DNA of 63,832 bases from Minisyncoccota bacterium (GCA_035714785.1 DASTLQ010000016.1:1-63832), one strand, 5' to 3'; shown: positions 43,650 through 52,779, numbered from the stretch's first letter. Notes: a model not told the origin generated them from the letters alone. Translations and numbers: made by a program.

Positions 43650-44339
43650 ATGATAAATGATCCAAAAATCTTAAGCATGGCACTAGTCGGAGGACTTATA
43701 CCCTCTATCCTGTGGCTTTGGTTTTGGCTCAAAGAAGACAAGGAAAATCCTGAACCAAAAGGACTTCTCGCAGGTGTATTCATCTTGGGCATGCTCGCCG
43801 TAGCATTGGTAATACCTTTTCAAAAATTTATTCAAACATACTTTTCAAGTTATGAATTTCAAATAATCCTCTGGGCAGCAGGAGAAGAAATCGTAAAGTA
43901 TCTAGCAGTAATCATCCTTCTGACCAAAACGTCATATATAGACGAACCAATAGACTGGCCCATCTATCTGATGACAGCCGCCCTAGGGTTCGCCGCTCTT
44001 GAAAATGCAATGTTTTTGATAAAACCACTTTCCTTAGACCAAGCCACGGTAGGACTTCTCACTGGACACTTGCGATTCCTCGGCTCCACATTACTACACA
44101 CCGTAGCAAGCGGAGCTCTCGGAGTTTCACTTGGACTCGCCCTTGGAGCCAAAAAATCAGTGAAGAAAATTCACCTCGTTGTGGGATTATTGTTTGCTAT
44201 TGCCTTGCACAGCACATTTAATTTTCTTATAATAGAAGAGGTAGGGAGCGATGTTGTAAAAGCTCTCGGATTCCTCTGGGTAGCTGCCATAGTGGTAATG
44301 CTACTTTTCGAAAAACTAAGAAGAATGGGTGGACATTAA
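43650..44339 (+). CDS. PrsW-family intramembrane protease-like protein
   Basis: Multi-TM protein with AAGEEIVKY (EExxK) and conserved His segments (STLLHTVASG, IALHSTFN). Confidence 0.7.
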   Translation: MINDPKILSMALVGGLIPSILWLWFWLKEDKENPEPKGLLAGVFILGMLAVALVIPFQKFIQTYFSSYEFQIILWAAGEEIVKYLAVIILLTKTSYIDEPIDWPIYLMTAALGFAALENAMFLIKPLSLDQATVGLLTGHLRFLGSTLLHTVASGALGVSLGLALGAKKSVKKIHLVVGLLFAIALHSTFNFLIIEEVGSDVVKALGFLWVAAIVVMLLFEKLRRMGGH

Positions 44340-44369
44340 GTTCTAATTTATAAATCATTTTTAAATACT

Positions 44370-44837
44370 ATGCCATTAAAAAAAAGAAGTTTTTTTGAAA
44401 GACTAACTGGTTCAGCTGATATTGAAGAAGATTACGAGGAACCACGTCATATCGCCGTCAAAGAAGAAAGAAAAGGCACCGCCGAATGGATCGAGGAAGA
44501 AGCCGAAGAAGCAGAACTAGCTGTGGATGTATATCAGACTGCAAATGAAATCGTAATTCAGACTATGGTAGCCGGAGTAAAGCCCGAAGACTTGGAGCTT
44601 TCTATTGGACGCGACATCATCACTATCCGCGGAAAACGCGAAGAGAGCCGAGTGATCGACGACGAAGATTATTTCACAAAAGAACTTTACTGGGGAAATT
44701 TCTCCCGCACTATTTCCCTTCCCCAAGAAGTAGAACCTGAGGAAGCTGAAGCAACCGAAAAGCACGGCCTCCTCACTATTCGACTAGAAAAGATTGATCG
44801 CGAAAAGAAAGCTCACTTAAAGGTGAAGTCTTTGTAA
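44370..44837 (+). CDS. Hsp20/alpha-crystallin small heat-shock protein
   Basis: ACD pattern LAVDVYQT..EIVIQ..VAGVKPEDLELSI..ITIRGKRE..FSRTISLP..GLLTIRLEK. Confidence 0.9.
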   Translation: MPLKKRSFFERLTGSADIEEDYEEPRHIAVKEERKGTAEWIEEEAEEAELAVDVYQTANEIVIQTMVAGVKPEDLELSIGRDIITIRGKREESRVIDDEDYFTKELYWGNFSRTISLPQEVEPEEAEATEKHGLLTIRLEKIDREKKAHLKVKSL

Positions 44838-44855
44838 ATTTGAACCCAAATTCTG

Positions 44856-44928
44856 TGCCGAGACCCAGGTTCGAACTGGGGACCCTTCCCTCTTCAGGGG
44901 AATGCTCTACCAACTGAGCTATCTCGGC
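44856..44928 (-). tRNA. tRNA-Phe (anticodon GAA)
   Basis: Minus strand GCCGAGA-TA-GCTC-AGTTGGTA-GAGC-A-TTCCC-CTGAAGA-GGGAA-GGGTC-CCCAG-TTCGAAC-CTGGG-TCTCGGC-A. Confidence 0.92.
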
Positions 44929-44995
44929 GTTTTCTTATAATACTAAATTATCAACTTTTTGCAAAGTCTACTGTGGTCATTTATATTTTAGTATT

Positions 44996-45262
44996 CTAGT
45001 TTCCTCCCCCTCCAAAATTCCGAAGAATAGAGTTTAGATTACTTATGTCATTTTGAGCACCAGAGTAGGTATCTTTCACTCCTTCCACATATGGTTGGGC
45101 AAAATAATACGCACTTACTGCAATTCCAATAATAATCAGCCAATACACCCCCCTGATAACCTGCCCAATTCTAATCGTGCGTCTTAGCGTTTTTATTATC
45201 TTATTATTTTCTTCAGTCATCTGAAGAACTTCTTCCATCTTTGATTTTAATTCTGGATCCAT
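44996..45262 (-). CDS. hypothetical small membrane protein (88 aa)
   Basis: Charged N-terminus, one TM (VYWLIIIGIAVSAYYF), and a Gly-rich C-terminus. Confidence 0.5.
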   Translation of the reverse strand: MDPELKSKMEEVLQMTEENNKIIKTLRRTIRIGQVIRGVYWLIIIGIAVSAYYFAQPYVEGVKDTYSGAQNDISNLNSILRNFGGGGN

Positions 45263-45298
45263 TAGTATATTTTACCATTAATGGAGAAAAAATTCATG

Positions 45299-45370
45299 TG
45301 CCCTCGGCGGGAATCGAACCTACATCTACTCCTTAGGACGGAGCTGTTCTATCCATTGAACTACGAGGGC
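45299..45370 (-). tRNA. tRNA-Arg (anticodon CCT)
   Basis: Minus strand GCCCTCG-TA-GTTC-AATGGATA-GAAC-A-GCTCC-GTCCTAA-GGAGT-AGAT-GTAGG-TTCGATT-CCCGC-CGAGGGC-A. The T stem has one A-C mismatch. Confidence 0.82.
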
Positions 45371-45408
45371 AATACTTTAATATAGACGTTTAAAACTGAT
45401 TTCGCAAA

Positions 45409-46338
45409 TTATTCTATTCCACACAATGCCTGCAGTGCATCAAGGTCCGACTGAGTAAGCTTCTCGTTTATTCCATTGTTTAGACGATACATTATCGCCT
45501 TAGCATCCTCTAGATGCTCCAAACCAAGCGCATGACCAAACTCATGAGCCAAGACTCTTATCAATTTATTTCTATTATCAAACTGATATATTTCTATCTT
45601 CTGCCCTTCTGGCCCACTTTGATATGTTCCTTCTTCAAATTCTCCGAGTGTTTGCCCGATGGCGTTTAATCTGTCGACTTGAATATTTAAAGATGATACC
45701 AAGCGATTGATGACTATCACCATGGCATTTATATCTCCTGCTGTCTGATTCAATGCCGACTGTTTCTTTTTGATTTCAACAACTTCATTTTCTAAATACT
45801 TTCTTTCATTATTGAGACGAGCATAATCTGCTTCCTCGGCTCCCCCTTTTTCATTCCAGCTAGCTACTTCGTCTTCATAAGCATCCTGTCTTATTTCAAA
45901 CTTTTCAATTCTTTCCTCGAGCGTGTTTCTTTCTGCTTCATATTTTTTTTGAAGTGCACTGTACTTTGACTTCAGATTTTCATAAGAAGCCTTGTCGTCT
46001 CCTACAGCGATTCCTAGCTTTTGGAGTTTGGTCGTAGCTTCCTGCCGATCATCATAAATGAGATTTATCCTTAGGGCGCCATCGGGATCATAGGCAAACA
46101 AGTCCTTTCCGGCAGGACCTTCCCAGATATCCTCTGCGGTTTTTACGGCTCGTAGAAATTCCTGTTTAGATATTCCAAACTGCTCATCAAAAATCCCAAG
46201 TGAATACTTGATAGGTGCTCGGCATGGAAGATATTTATTATTTAGTCCACGCCAAATATTATTAATCGGTTGCTGAAACGCGAAAACAAAAACGCCGAGC
46301 AGGGCGACGGACAAAATTGTTTTTAAGAATTTTGACAT
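45409..46338 (-). CDS. matrixin-like (M10) zinc metalloprotease with N-terminal anchor and coiled-coil insertion
   Basis: HEFGHALGLEH zinc site plus Met-turn AIMY. N-terminal hydrophobic segment. Roughly 135 aa of heptad-like charged sequence between the N-terminal catalytic strands and HEXXH. Confidence 0.8.
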   Translation of the reverse strand: MSKFLKTILSVALLGVFVFAFQQPINNIWRGLNNKYLPCRAPIKYSLGIFDEQFGISKQEFLRAVKTAEDIWEGPAGKDLFAYDPDGALRINLIYDDRQEATTKLQKLGIAVGDDKASYENLKSKYSALQKKYEAERNTLEERIEKFEIRQDAYEDEVASWNEKGGAEEADYARLNNERKYLENEVVEIKKKQSALNQTAGDINAMVIVINRLVSSLNIQVDRLNAIGQTLGEFEEGTYQSGPEGQKIEIYQFDNRNKLIRVLAHEFGHALGLEHLEDAKAIMYRLNNGINEKLTQSDLDALQALCGIE

Positions 46339-46356
46339 TAACTTAAGAAAACGAAC

Positions 46357-46593
46357 TTAAGAAATACCAAGCAAGGTCGAAAGGCGAGGCTTGTCAAAGC
46401 CCACAATGATTTCATCGTCTATTATTATCACTGGCACACCCATCTGGCCAGTCTTCTCCATCATTTCTTTTCTTTTTTCTAAATCAGTAGCCACATCATA
46501 ATCAGTGTAGACAATACTGTTAGCGGTAAAAAAATCTTTAGCCATGTGGCAAAAGTGACAAGTCGGCGTTGAATATATGGTTACGTTTTTCAT
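46357..46593 (-). CDS. glutaredoxin/NrdH-like thiol-disulfide oxidoreductase (78 aa)
   Basis: CHFC redox motif at residues 12-15 and GVPVIIIDDEIIVGFD. Confidence 0.85.
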   Translation of the reverse strand: MKNVTIYSTPTCHFCHMAKDFFTANSIVYTDYDVATDLEKRKEMMEKTGQMGVPVIIIDDEIIVGFDKPRLSTLLGIS

Positions 46594-46678
46594 TTAATAT
46601 TTTTTCTTACTTTTAATTACTTCAATTATATCATATTGGTCAAGGAGCTGAAGCTTTTAATAAATTAATGATCCCCTA

Positions 46679-46706
46679 TTGACATAATTCAAATTTGTTA
46701 TATAGT
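46679..46706 (+). promoter_or_regulatory. sigma70-like promoter
   Basis: TTGACA 46679-46684, 16-nt spacer, TATAGT 46701-46706. GGAG lies about 9 nt upstream of ATG 46749. Confidence 0.5.
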
Positions 46707-46748
46707 ACTCCCAAACACGTTCTAAAACAAAAAAATAGGAGTTCTCTT

Positions 46749-48209
46749 ATGAAAACTTTGGTAGTTCTATTCGCTCTATTGTTCTCGTCCCTATTATGGG
46801 GACAGAGTTTATCCTTAAGCCTTACGGCAAGTCCCTTAAATGTAACATATGGCGGTCCAGTGGTCCTTACATGGACAACCACGGGCGCTTCATATTGTTA
46901 TGCAACACAGGGGGCGGAAGGATGGACCGGAGTTAATTACCTACACGGTTCATATTATGTAGGAGCTTTGTACTCCCCCACAACATTTTGCTTAACTGCC
47001 GTCGATAATTTTGGAAATTCGGTTACGGAATGCGTGACCGTAAATGTCGACAACCGCAAGTATGTTTATCTGCCACATCGCGTCGCAGGAGCTGGGACAA
47101 ATATTTCTGTGCCCCTAACCTCAGGCGCATCAAGCGCTTTCCAAGGGTTTGAGATGAGAATCCAAAGTAATGGAAGTCTGAAGCCTAATTATTTTGAACT
47201 AGGGTGGAAATTCTATCCAAACTGGATGTATGCCTCTAATACTTACAATAGCTACTTTCGTGTAGCAGCAGTAGGTAATACTGTAAATATTCTTGGCAGG
47301 GATCTTATTGGTACTTTATACTTTAAAGTTTCTGAGAGCGCCCAAGGCCAAAGTAATTATCCTTGGATGGAATTTTTTGACAGTGCGACATTCTGGAGTA
47401 TCACCAGCGGAGGGTTACAAATAATTAATATTCCGCCTCATTTGTACGGAGACATGAACAGCGATCTCACTTTCAACATCTCAGATGGAATTGCCCATAA
47501 AAATCTACTTGGGACATGGATGTCTGACGAGTTAAGAGTACGCGCAGATTTAAATGGAAATGGAGAAGTAAATACATTCGACACTTATCTTGTTCTATCA
47601 AAGATAGTGAACCCAGAAATGATTTTTCCAATTTTCGACTACAATTATTTTCCTAATCTCACTCCAATTCTAATGACATGGGAGAAACTCCCAGATGGAC
47701 AGTGGGGATTGTTTTCAGATGAAAAGATTACCAATTTCGATTTAATTGGGAGTGATTTTTCTTCACTTAATGCTGATGGATGGACAAAAATAGTTGATAA
47801 CCAACTGTTTTTTGTAAATCAGCTGGGGATAGAGAACCGCCCGATCTTAATCTCTCCTTCCCCCGTTCCAATTAATGGGACAGCAAACGAAGGAAGAAAA
47901 ATCATAATCTCCACCCCAACTGGAGTGGAAGAAGGGATAGAGATAAATACTTATTCTTTATCTCAAAACTATCCTAATCCTTTCAATCCATCAACCACAA
48001 TTAGCTTTACGCTAGCCCAAGCAGCAAGTGTAGAACTGAAAGTGTACGACGTCCTCGGCAACGAAGTTGCCACCTTAGTTAATGAGGAAAAACCGGCAGG
48101 TAAGCACGAAGTAAAATTCGATGCTACTAGCCTGTCTTCCGGCTTATATATTTATAAAATAGTTGCCGGAAACTTCATTGAAACTAAAAAAATGGTTTTA
48201 ATGAAGTAA
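46749..48209 (+). CDS. secreted cohesin/dockerin-like protein with T9SS-type (Por_Secre_tail) C-terminal sorting domain (486 aa)
   Basis: Signal peptide MKTLVVLFALLFSSLLWGQ. Dockerin/EF-hand-like DMNSDLTFNISD and DLNGNGEVNTFD. The C-terminus LSQNYPNPFNPSTTISFTL...VYDVLGNEVATLV...AGKHEVKFDATSLSSGLYIYKIVAGNF..TKKMVLMK is the classic T9SS CTD pattern. Confidence 0.85.
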   Translation: MKTLVVLFALLFSSLLWGQSLSLSLTASPLNVTYGGPVVLTWTTTGASYCYATQGAEGWTGVNYLHGSYYVGALYSPTTFCLTAVDNFGNSVTECVTVNVDNRKYVYLPHRVAGAGTNISVPLTSGASSAFQGFEMRIQSNGSLKPNYFELGWKFYPNWMYASNTYNSYFRVAAVGNTVNILGRDLIGTLYFKVSESAQGQSNYPWMEFFDSATFWSITSGGLQIINIPPHLYGDMNSDLTFNISDGIAHKNLLGTWMSDELRVRADLNGNGEVNTFDTYLVLSKIVNPEMIFPIFDYNYFPNLTPILMTWEKLPDGQWGLFSDEKITNFDLIGSDFSSLNADGWTKIVDNQLFFVNQLGIENRPILISPSPVPINGTANEGRKIIISTPTGVEEGIEINTYSLSQNYPNPFNPSTTISFTLAQAASVELKVYDVLGNEVATLVNEEKPAGKHEVKFDATSLSSGLYIYKIVAGNFIETKKMVLMK

Positions 48210-48216
48210 ATCAATT

Positions 48217-48257
48217 ACCGCCCGAAGAAGCCGCACGCTTCTCGGGCGGTTTCTTTT
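48217..48257 (+). terminator. intrinsic terminator
   Basis: ACCGCCCGAaGAAG-ccgcacg-CTTCTCGGGCGGT followed by TTcTTTTT. Confidence 0.75.
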
Positions 48258-48372
48258 TGCATGTAAGGGGACCCCTTACCCTGTGGATAACATGTAAGGG
48301 GTCCCCTTGCATGTTAAAGGGTCCACCTTCGCCTCTGGCGAAGGCGGACCCTTGGAGGGGTCCCCTTACACC
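48258..48372. repeat. palindromic repeat locus R6 (one DnaA box plus 15-bp-stem hairpin module)
   Basis: tgcatgtaaggggaccccttaccctgtggataacatgtaaggggtccccttgcatg, then GGGTCCaCCTTCGCC-tct-GGCGAAGGCGGACCC at 48319-48351, then ttggaggggtccccttacacc. TGTGGATAA at 48282-48290. Confidence 0.9.
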
Positions 48373-48379
48373 TAATGTG

Positions 48380-48450
48380 TGCGGCCGGCGAGAATCGGAC
48401 TCGCGCCCGATGCTTGGGAAGCACCAGTTCTACCACTAAACTACGGCCGC
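48380..48450 (-). tRNA. tRNA-Gly (anticodon CCC)
   Basis: Minus strand GCGGCCG-TA-GTTT-AGTGGTA-GAAC-T-GGTGC-TTCCCAA-GCATC-GGGC-GCGAG-TCCGATT-CTCGC-CGGCCGC-A. Confidence 0.9.
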
Positions 48451-48471
48451 ATATTTTTCCACCGCATTTCC

Positions 48472-48678
48472 CTACTCTTTCTTCCCCTTACCTGTAAATT
48501 TATTAACCATGTGTTTAACATTTAGGTATGCCTTTCGTATTTCTCGAGTAGCATTCTCTGCTTCCTTCATGACCTTGAATAACTTAAAAAGCACCAAGGC
48601 AATCAGAGCGCCGATCACGATGATCACCACTGATGTTGTTCCGTAAAATATTGTTTGTGTTACTTCTAGAGCGTCCAT
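48472..48678 (-). CDS. hypothetical small membrane protein (68 aa)
   Basis: One TM (TSVVIIVIGALIALVLFKLF) and a basic C-terminus. Confidence 0.45.
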   Translation of the reverse strand: MDALEVTQTIFYGTTSVVIIVIGALIALVLFKLFKVMKEAENATREIRKAYLNVKHMVNKFTGKGKKE

Positions 48679-48695
48679 ATGAGTATTATACTAAA

Positions 48696-49076
48696 TTATT
48701 TGAATATATTCCTTATAAATTTCCAGAAACTTCCCTTTTCCTCCTCTATCGACTGAGTGGAAAAATTTTCATCCTCTACTATTACTATCACTTTTTCTCC
48801 CTCTTTCACAAATCCAAATTTTTCACGAATATTGTCTTCCACTCCTCGATCCGTTTCTAGATATTCAATGTCTCGAGTGAGCTTTTCTTTTTTTTCTGAA
48901 AGCTCAGCCACTTTTTCTTCAGCAGTTTCTCTCTTGGCCTCTGTCTCTCTCATTTTTTCAAAAAATCCAAACACACTCCAACTGAATAGCACCACTATAG
49001 CAAAGAGAAGTACCAAAAAAGGAGGTGATTCAACTATCCTGCGTAGCCTGTTTTTCTTGGGTTGGAAATTTCTCAT
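48696..49076 (-). CDS. septum formation initiator (FtsB/DivIC-family) protein
   Basis: N-terminal TM, a coiled coil, then DRGVEDNIREKFGFVKEGEKVIVI, typical of the DivIC/FtsB C-terminal motif. Confidence 0.7.
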   Translation of the reverse strand: MRNFQPKKNRLRRIVESPPFLVLLFAIVVLFSWSVFGFFEKMRETEAKRETAEEKVAELSEKKEKLTRDIEYLETDRGVEDNIREKFGFVKEGEKVIVIVEDENFSTQSIEEEKGSFWKFIRNIFK

Positions 49077-49229
49077 AATATGCTAGTATTATTACATGCT
49101 TTTTCATAAAAAACATCAGAAGAAAGTGCAGGTGATTTGGGTCATTCTTTGCGTCCTCATCATTGCCAGCATGATTCTTTTATACTCCCCTATTTTCGCT
49201 ACCAGATAAGCGGCTATCCTACCTGTCGG

Positions 49230-51044
49230 CTATTCGCCTGATCGCATCATCTTCAGAAACACATCCTGAGGAATATTTACTTTTCCTTTATCCCTCATGC
49301 GAGCCTTTCCTTTTTTCTGCTTTTCAAGAAGCTTCTTTTTTCGGCTGACATCTCCTCCACCCACTACCTTGCTTCCATGCATGAGCACATCTTTTCGAAA
49401 GGCTGAAACTCCTTCTGAGGCTATTATTCTTCCCAACGCCTTTGCTTGAACCTTGAAGGCAAACTGCTGGCGTGGAATGACGCTCTTTAGGCGCTCTACC
49501 TGACTCCGGGCTTCTTCTTCTAATCTGCGTCTAGAAACCACTCTACAAAACGCAGCGACAGGCTCATCGGCCACGAGGATATCCATTCGCACCACATCCG
49601 CTTTCTTGTATCCTCCAAGCTCGTATGATATAGAGCCGTAGCCGGAGGTAATACTTTTCAGATCATCAAAGAAATTTCTCATAAGCTCTCGTAGTGGCAT
49701 TTCAAGATCGATGGATGAACGATTGTCTCCGAAATTTTCAGTGGTATGCACTACCCCCTCGTGATCAAACAAAAATGGCATAAGTACGCTGGTATAGTGA
49801 ACAGGTGTGATTATCTTCACTCGCACCCAAGGTTCATGAATTTCCGCAATCAAGCTATCGTCTGGAAAGAAATGTGGTGAGTAAATAATTTTTTCTTGCT
49901 TGTTTCGTAGCACCACTTTGTAGGTGATAGACGGCATGGTGATCACGAGCTCAAGGTTAAATTCTCTTTTCAATCTTTCGGTAATTATTTCCAAATGTAG
50001 CATTCCTAAAAATCCACATCTAAAACCTTTCCCGAGAGTTCCTGAAGCTTCTTCTTCATATGAAAAAGCGGAATCCGACAGACGAAGTCGGCTGAGTGCA
50101 AGCTTTAGCTCAGGAAAATAATCTGCGTCCTCAGGATATACAGAAGCCCAGACCACTGGATTTGGATTAAAGTATCCGGGAAGCATAGGGGCTGGCTTTT
50201 TTGCAATGGTTACCGTATCTCCCACCGAAGCAACTCCGGGTTTTTTAATTCCTGTCACAATGTATCCTATTTCTCCGGCTCCAAGTGAAGCACGAGGATT
50301 TTCTTCAGGAGCAAATATTCCGACTTCACCGGCGATAAATTTTTCTTCGGCGGCGGAGAATAAAAGTGCGTCTCCTTTTTTTAGAGCACCGTCAAATACT
50401 CGAACATATACGATGATTCCGCGATGATTGTCATATTTAAAATCAAAAACTAAAGCACGAGTTCCATCTTCGCTTTCGCTTAATTCTTTTTCTGGGTGCG
50501 GTACTTTTTCAACAATTTTTGAAAGTAATTCGTTCACTCCTTGCCCTGTCTTTCCAGACACTTCCATGATCTCGTCGGGGTTCATATCGAGAAGTAGTGC
50601 CACCTCCATCTTTACTTCATCTACTCGAGCTAGTGGAGAATCCACCTTGGAAACAGCTGGGATTATCACTAGCCCACTTTCTCTAGCCATTTGGAGGGTA
50701 GTGAGAGTTTGAGCTTGTACCCCTTGGGTAGAATCTACCAGTAGAATAGAGCCCTCAACCGCTTTTAAAGCCCTAGAAACCTCGTAGGAGAAGTCTATAT
50801 GCCCAGGGGTGTCTATTAGGTTCAAAATGTAATTTTCGCCTCCTTGCTCAAATTCCATGCGTACAGGCTGCATCTTTATGGTGATCCCTCTTTCCCGCTC
50901 AAGCTCCATAGAATCAAGCACCTGGGCTCTCATTTTTCGCTCTGGAATAGTATTGGTGATTTCAAGCATGCGATCAGCCAGAGTACTCTTTCCGTGGTCT
51001 ATGTGGGCGATAATGCTGAAATTTCTGATATTTCTTAAGTGCAT
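49230..51044 (-). CDS. lepA: translation elongation factor 4 (LepA)
   Basis: IRNFSIIAHIDHGKSTLADR, DTPGHIDF, and the LepA-specific C-terminal domain. Confidence 0.96.
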   Translation of the reverse strand: MHLRNIRNFSIIAHIDHGKSTLADRMLEITNTIPERKMRAQVLDSMELERERGITIKMQPVRMEFEQGGENYILNLIDTPGHIDFSYEVSRALKAVEGSILLVDSTQGVQAQTLTTLQMARESGLVIIPAVSKVDSPLARVDEVKMEVALLLDMNPDEIMEVSGKTGQGVNELLSKIVEKVPHPEKELSESEDGTRALVFDFKYDNHRGIIVYVRVFDGALKKGDALLFSAAEEKFIAGEVGIFAPEENPRASLGAGEIGYIVTGIKKPGVASVGDTVTIAKKPAPMLPGYFNPNPVVWASVYPEDADYFPELKLALSRLRLSDSAFSYEEEASGTLGKGFRCGFLGMLHLEIITERLKREFNLELVITMPSITYKVVLRNKQEKIIYSPHFFPDDSLIAEIHEPWVRVKIITPVHYTSVLMPFLFDHEGVVHTTENFGDNRSSIDLEMPLRELMRNFFDDLKSITSGYGSISYELGGYKKADVVRMDILVADEPVAAFCRVVSRRRLEEEARSQVERLKSVIPRQQFAFKVQAKALGRIIASEGVSAFRKDVLMHGSKVVGGGDVSRKKKLLEKQKKGKARMRDKGKVNIPQDVFLKMMRSGE

Positions 51045-51099
51045 GGGTTCATATTAGCAGAAAATACCTTATTTTCCAAAATAAATACGCGTATTTGTA

Positions 51100-52779
51100 T
51101 TAAAGTTCTTCCTGTGGAGGAACGATCACTTTTGATTTCCAGAATTTTGTTTTGAAAGCTGCTACTAGATCCGCCAATTCCCTGTTTCTTAGTAAGTGCA
51201 ACACTATCACCCCGGCAGCGATTCCAAATATTCCCGAGAAGAATCCTTGCAAGAAGACTCCCCAAAATGTAGTCGTTCCAAATATTGGTGAAAGAATATT
51301 TAGGAAGAAGTAGGTGACGGCGCCTATCAAAAATGACGCTCCAAGTGAATGGAAGAATGTTCGGCTGACAAATTCTTCCTTTGGAAGATATTCCTTTTTT
51401 AAGAAAATCCCCAGCAGGGCCAAGTTTATGATAGTTCCAAAAGAATATGCCAGAGGCAGTATCAACACTTCAGTTCCAGGAATGTCTGAGACTTTTAGAA
51501 GTGATTCTATAAAATATTGAAAAATTGGATAATGAGAAAAGGCGTAATTGAATATTATTGCAAAAAATACAATCCACGAGGCAGAAATCAAATTTATTAG
51601 AAGTGGTTTCCTTGTATTTCCCGCTGCATAGTAAGCTCGAGCAAATAATGCGACCAAACCTTGAGCGGTGACGGAAATGGCAAATACCGCGAGAGCTGCA
51701 GCCACTAATCTAGTATTTTCCCAAGAAAAATTTGAAGATCCAAGTACCACTCGGACGATTTGCGCACGAAGAACGATAAACAAAAAAGTAGCGGGCAGTG
51801 ACCAGAATATAATTTGCCGGGCAGCTGATTTCAGCTGTTCTTTAAATTCACTCATCATTCCTTTTGAAAAATATTTGGTGAGAGTTGGGAAAGCGGCTAC
51901 TGCATACGAAAGTCCCACTATTCCCAGTGGAACTGACTGAAGACTAAGCGAAAGGTTAAAAATGGAAATAGAACCTGGGGTTAGATATGAAGCAATCATC
52001 ACCAAGATAGTAAGTGCAATGTTGTTAAACGACAATCCCAAAGTACGAGGCATAGAAACTAAGATCATTTCCCATACTCCACGGTAATCAATATTTAGAG
52101 AAAACCTCGGCATAAAACCGGAGGTAGCAGAAGCAAATACTTGAATCAAAAAGTGAAGCAAGGATCCGAGTACTACCCCTAGACCCAAACCTTGAATCCC
52201 AAATAGTGGATACAAGAGCACGACACCGATGATTATTCCAACGTTGTAAAAAATCGGGCTGAGGGAGTAAAGGAAAAATCTACGGAAAAGCTGAGTGACT
52301 GAGCCAAACAAATTTGAAAGACCTAGTAGAATCGGAGAGAGCAACATGATTCGAGAAAGCAGAGTTACTTTCTCCTGATAAAAAGAAGTGAATCCGGGTG
52401 CAATATATGGAGAAATTTCCGGCATGAAAATAAAAAATATTGCTGATACTAACACCATGCCTGCCAAGAATACTGTGAAGACATCATTCAAAAACTTTTG
52501 CGCTTCAATGGTGATTTTTTCCCCCGACATACGTCGAAGAATAAACGGAATGAGGACCGTGATTGATGCCAGAGATGCGATGGAAATAAATATAAGATCA
52601 GGAATTCTAAAAGCAGCATAATAGGAGTCCAGCATTGGCGACGGCCCGATAAAGTGAGCCAATGCTCGATCCCTAAAAAGTCCTAGAATCTGCGAGAGGA
52701 AAGCAAAAAACCCTAGTAGGATTGCAGCCTGATTTAAATTCTCGTATTCTTTGCTGAAAATTTTTAGAATTTTCTCCAT
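51100..52779 (-). CDS. murJ: lipid II flippase MurJ (MviN family)
   Basis: About 14 TM helices. The N-terminus LGLFRDRALAHFIGPSPMLDSYYAAFRIPDLIF matches the MurJ consensus. Confidence 0.9.
   Translation of the reverse strand: MEKILKIFSKEYENLNQAAILLGFFAFLSQILGLFRDRALAHFIGPSPMLDSYYAAFRIPDLIFISIASLASITVLIPFILRRMSGEKITIEAQKFLNDVFTVFLAGMVLVSAIFFIFMPEISPYIAPGFTSFYQEKVTLLSRIMLLSPILLGLSNLFGSVTQLFRRFFLYSLSPIFYNVGIIIGVVLLYPLFGIQGLGLGVVLGSLLHFLIQVFASATSGFMPRFSLNIDYRGVWEMILVSMPRTLGLSFNNIALTILVMIASYLTPGSISIFNLSLSLQSVPLGIVGLSYAVAAFPTLTKYFSKGMMSEFKEQLKSAARQIIFWSLPATFLFIVLRAQIVRVVLGSSNFSWENTRLVAAALAVFAISVTAQGLVALFARAYYAAGNTRKPLLINLISASWIVFFAIIFNYAFSHYPIFQYFIESLLKVSDIPGTEVLILPLAYSFGTIINLALLGIFLKKEYLPKEEFVSRTFFHSLGASFLIGAVTYFFLNILSPIFGTTTFWGVFLQGFFSGIFGIAAGVIVLHLLRNRELADLVAAFKTKFWKSKVIVPPQEEL

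Noticed and set aside
48257-48439. ORFs translated from the palindromic repeats: 48257-48439 (+), 58358-58606 (-), 58264-58446 (+), 26142-26375 (-), and the MDNMQGDPLH N-terminal extension of 57333-58421.
   Set aside because: They consist of repeat-derived peptides (MQG.PLH, RGPLT) and overlap tRNA-Gly or real genes. Their apparent similarity to each other comes from the DNA repeat, not from a protein family.
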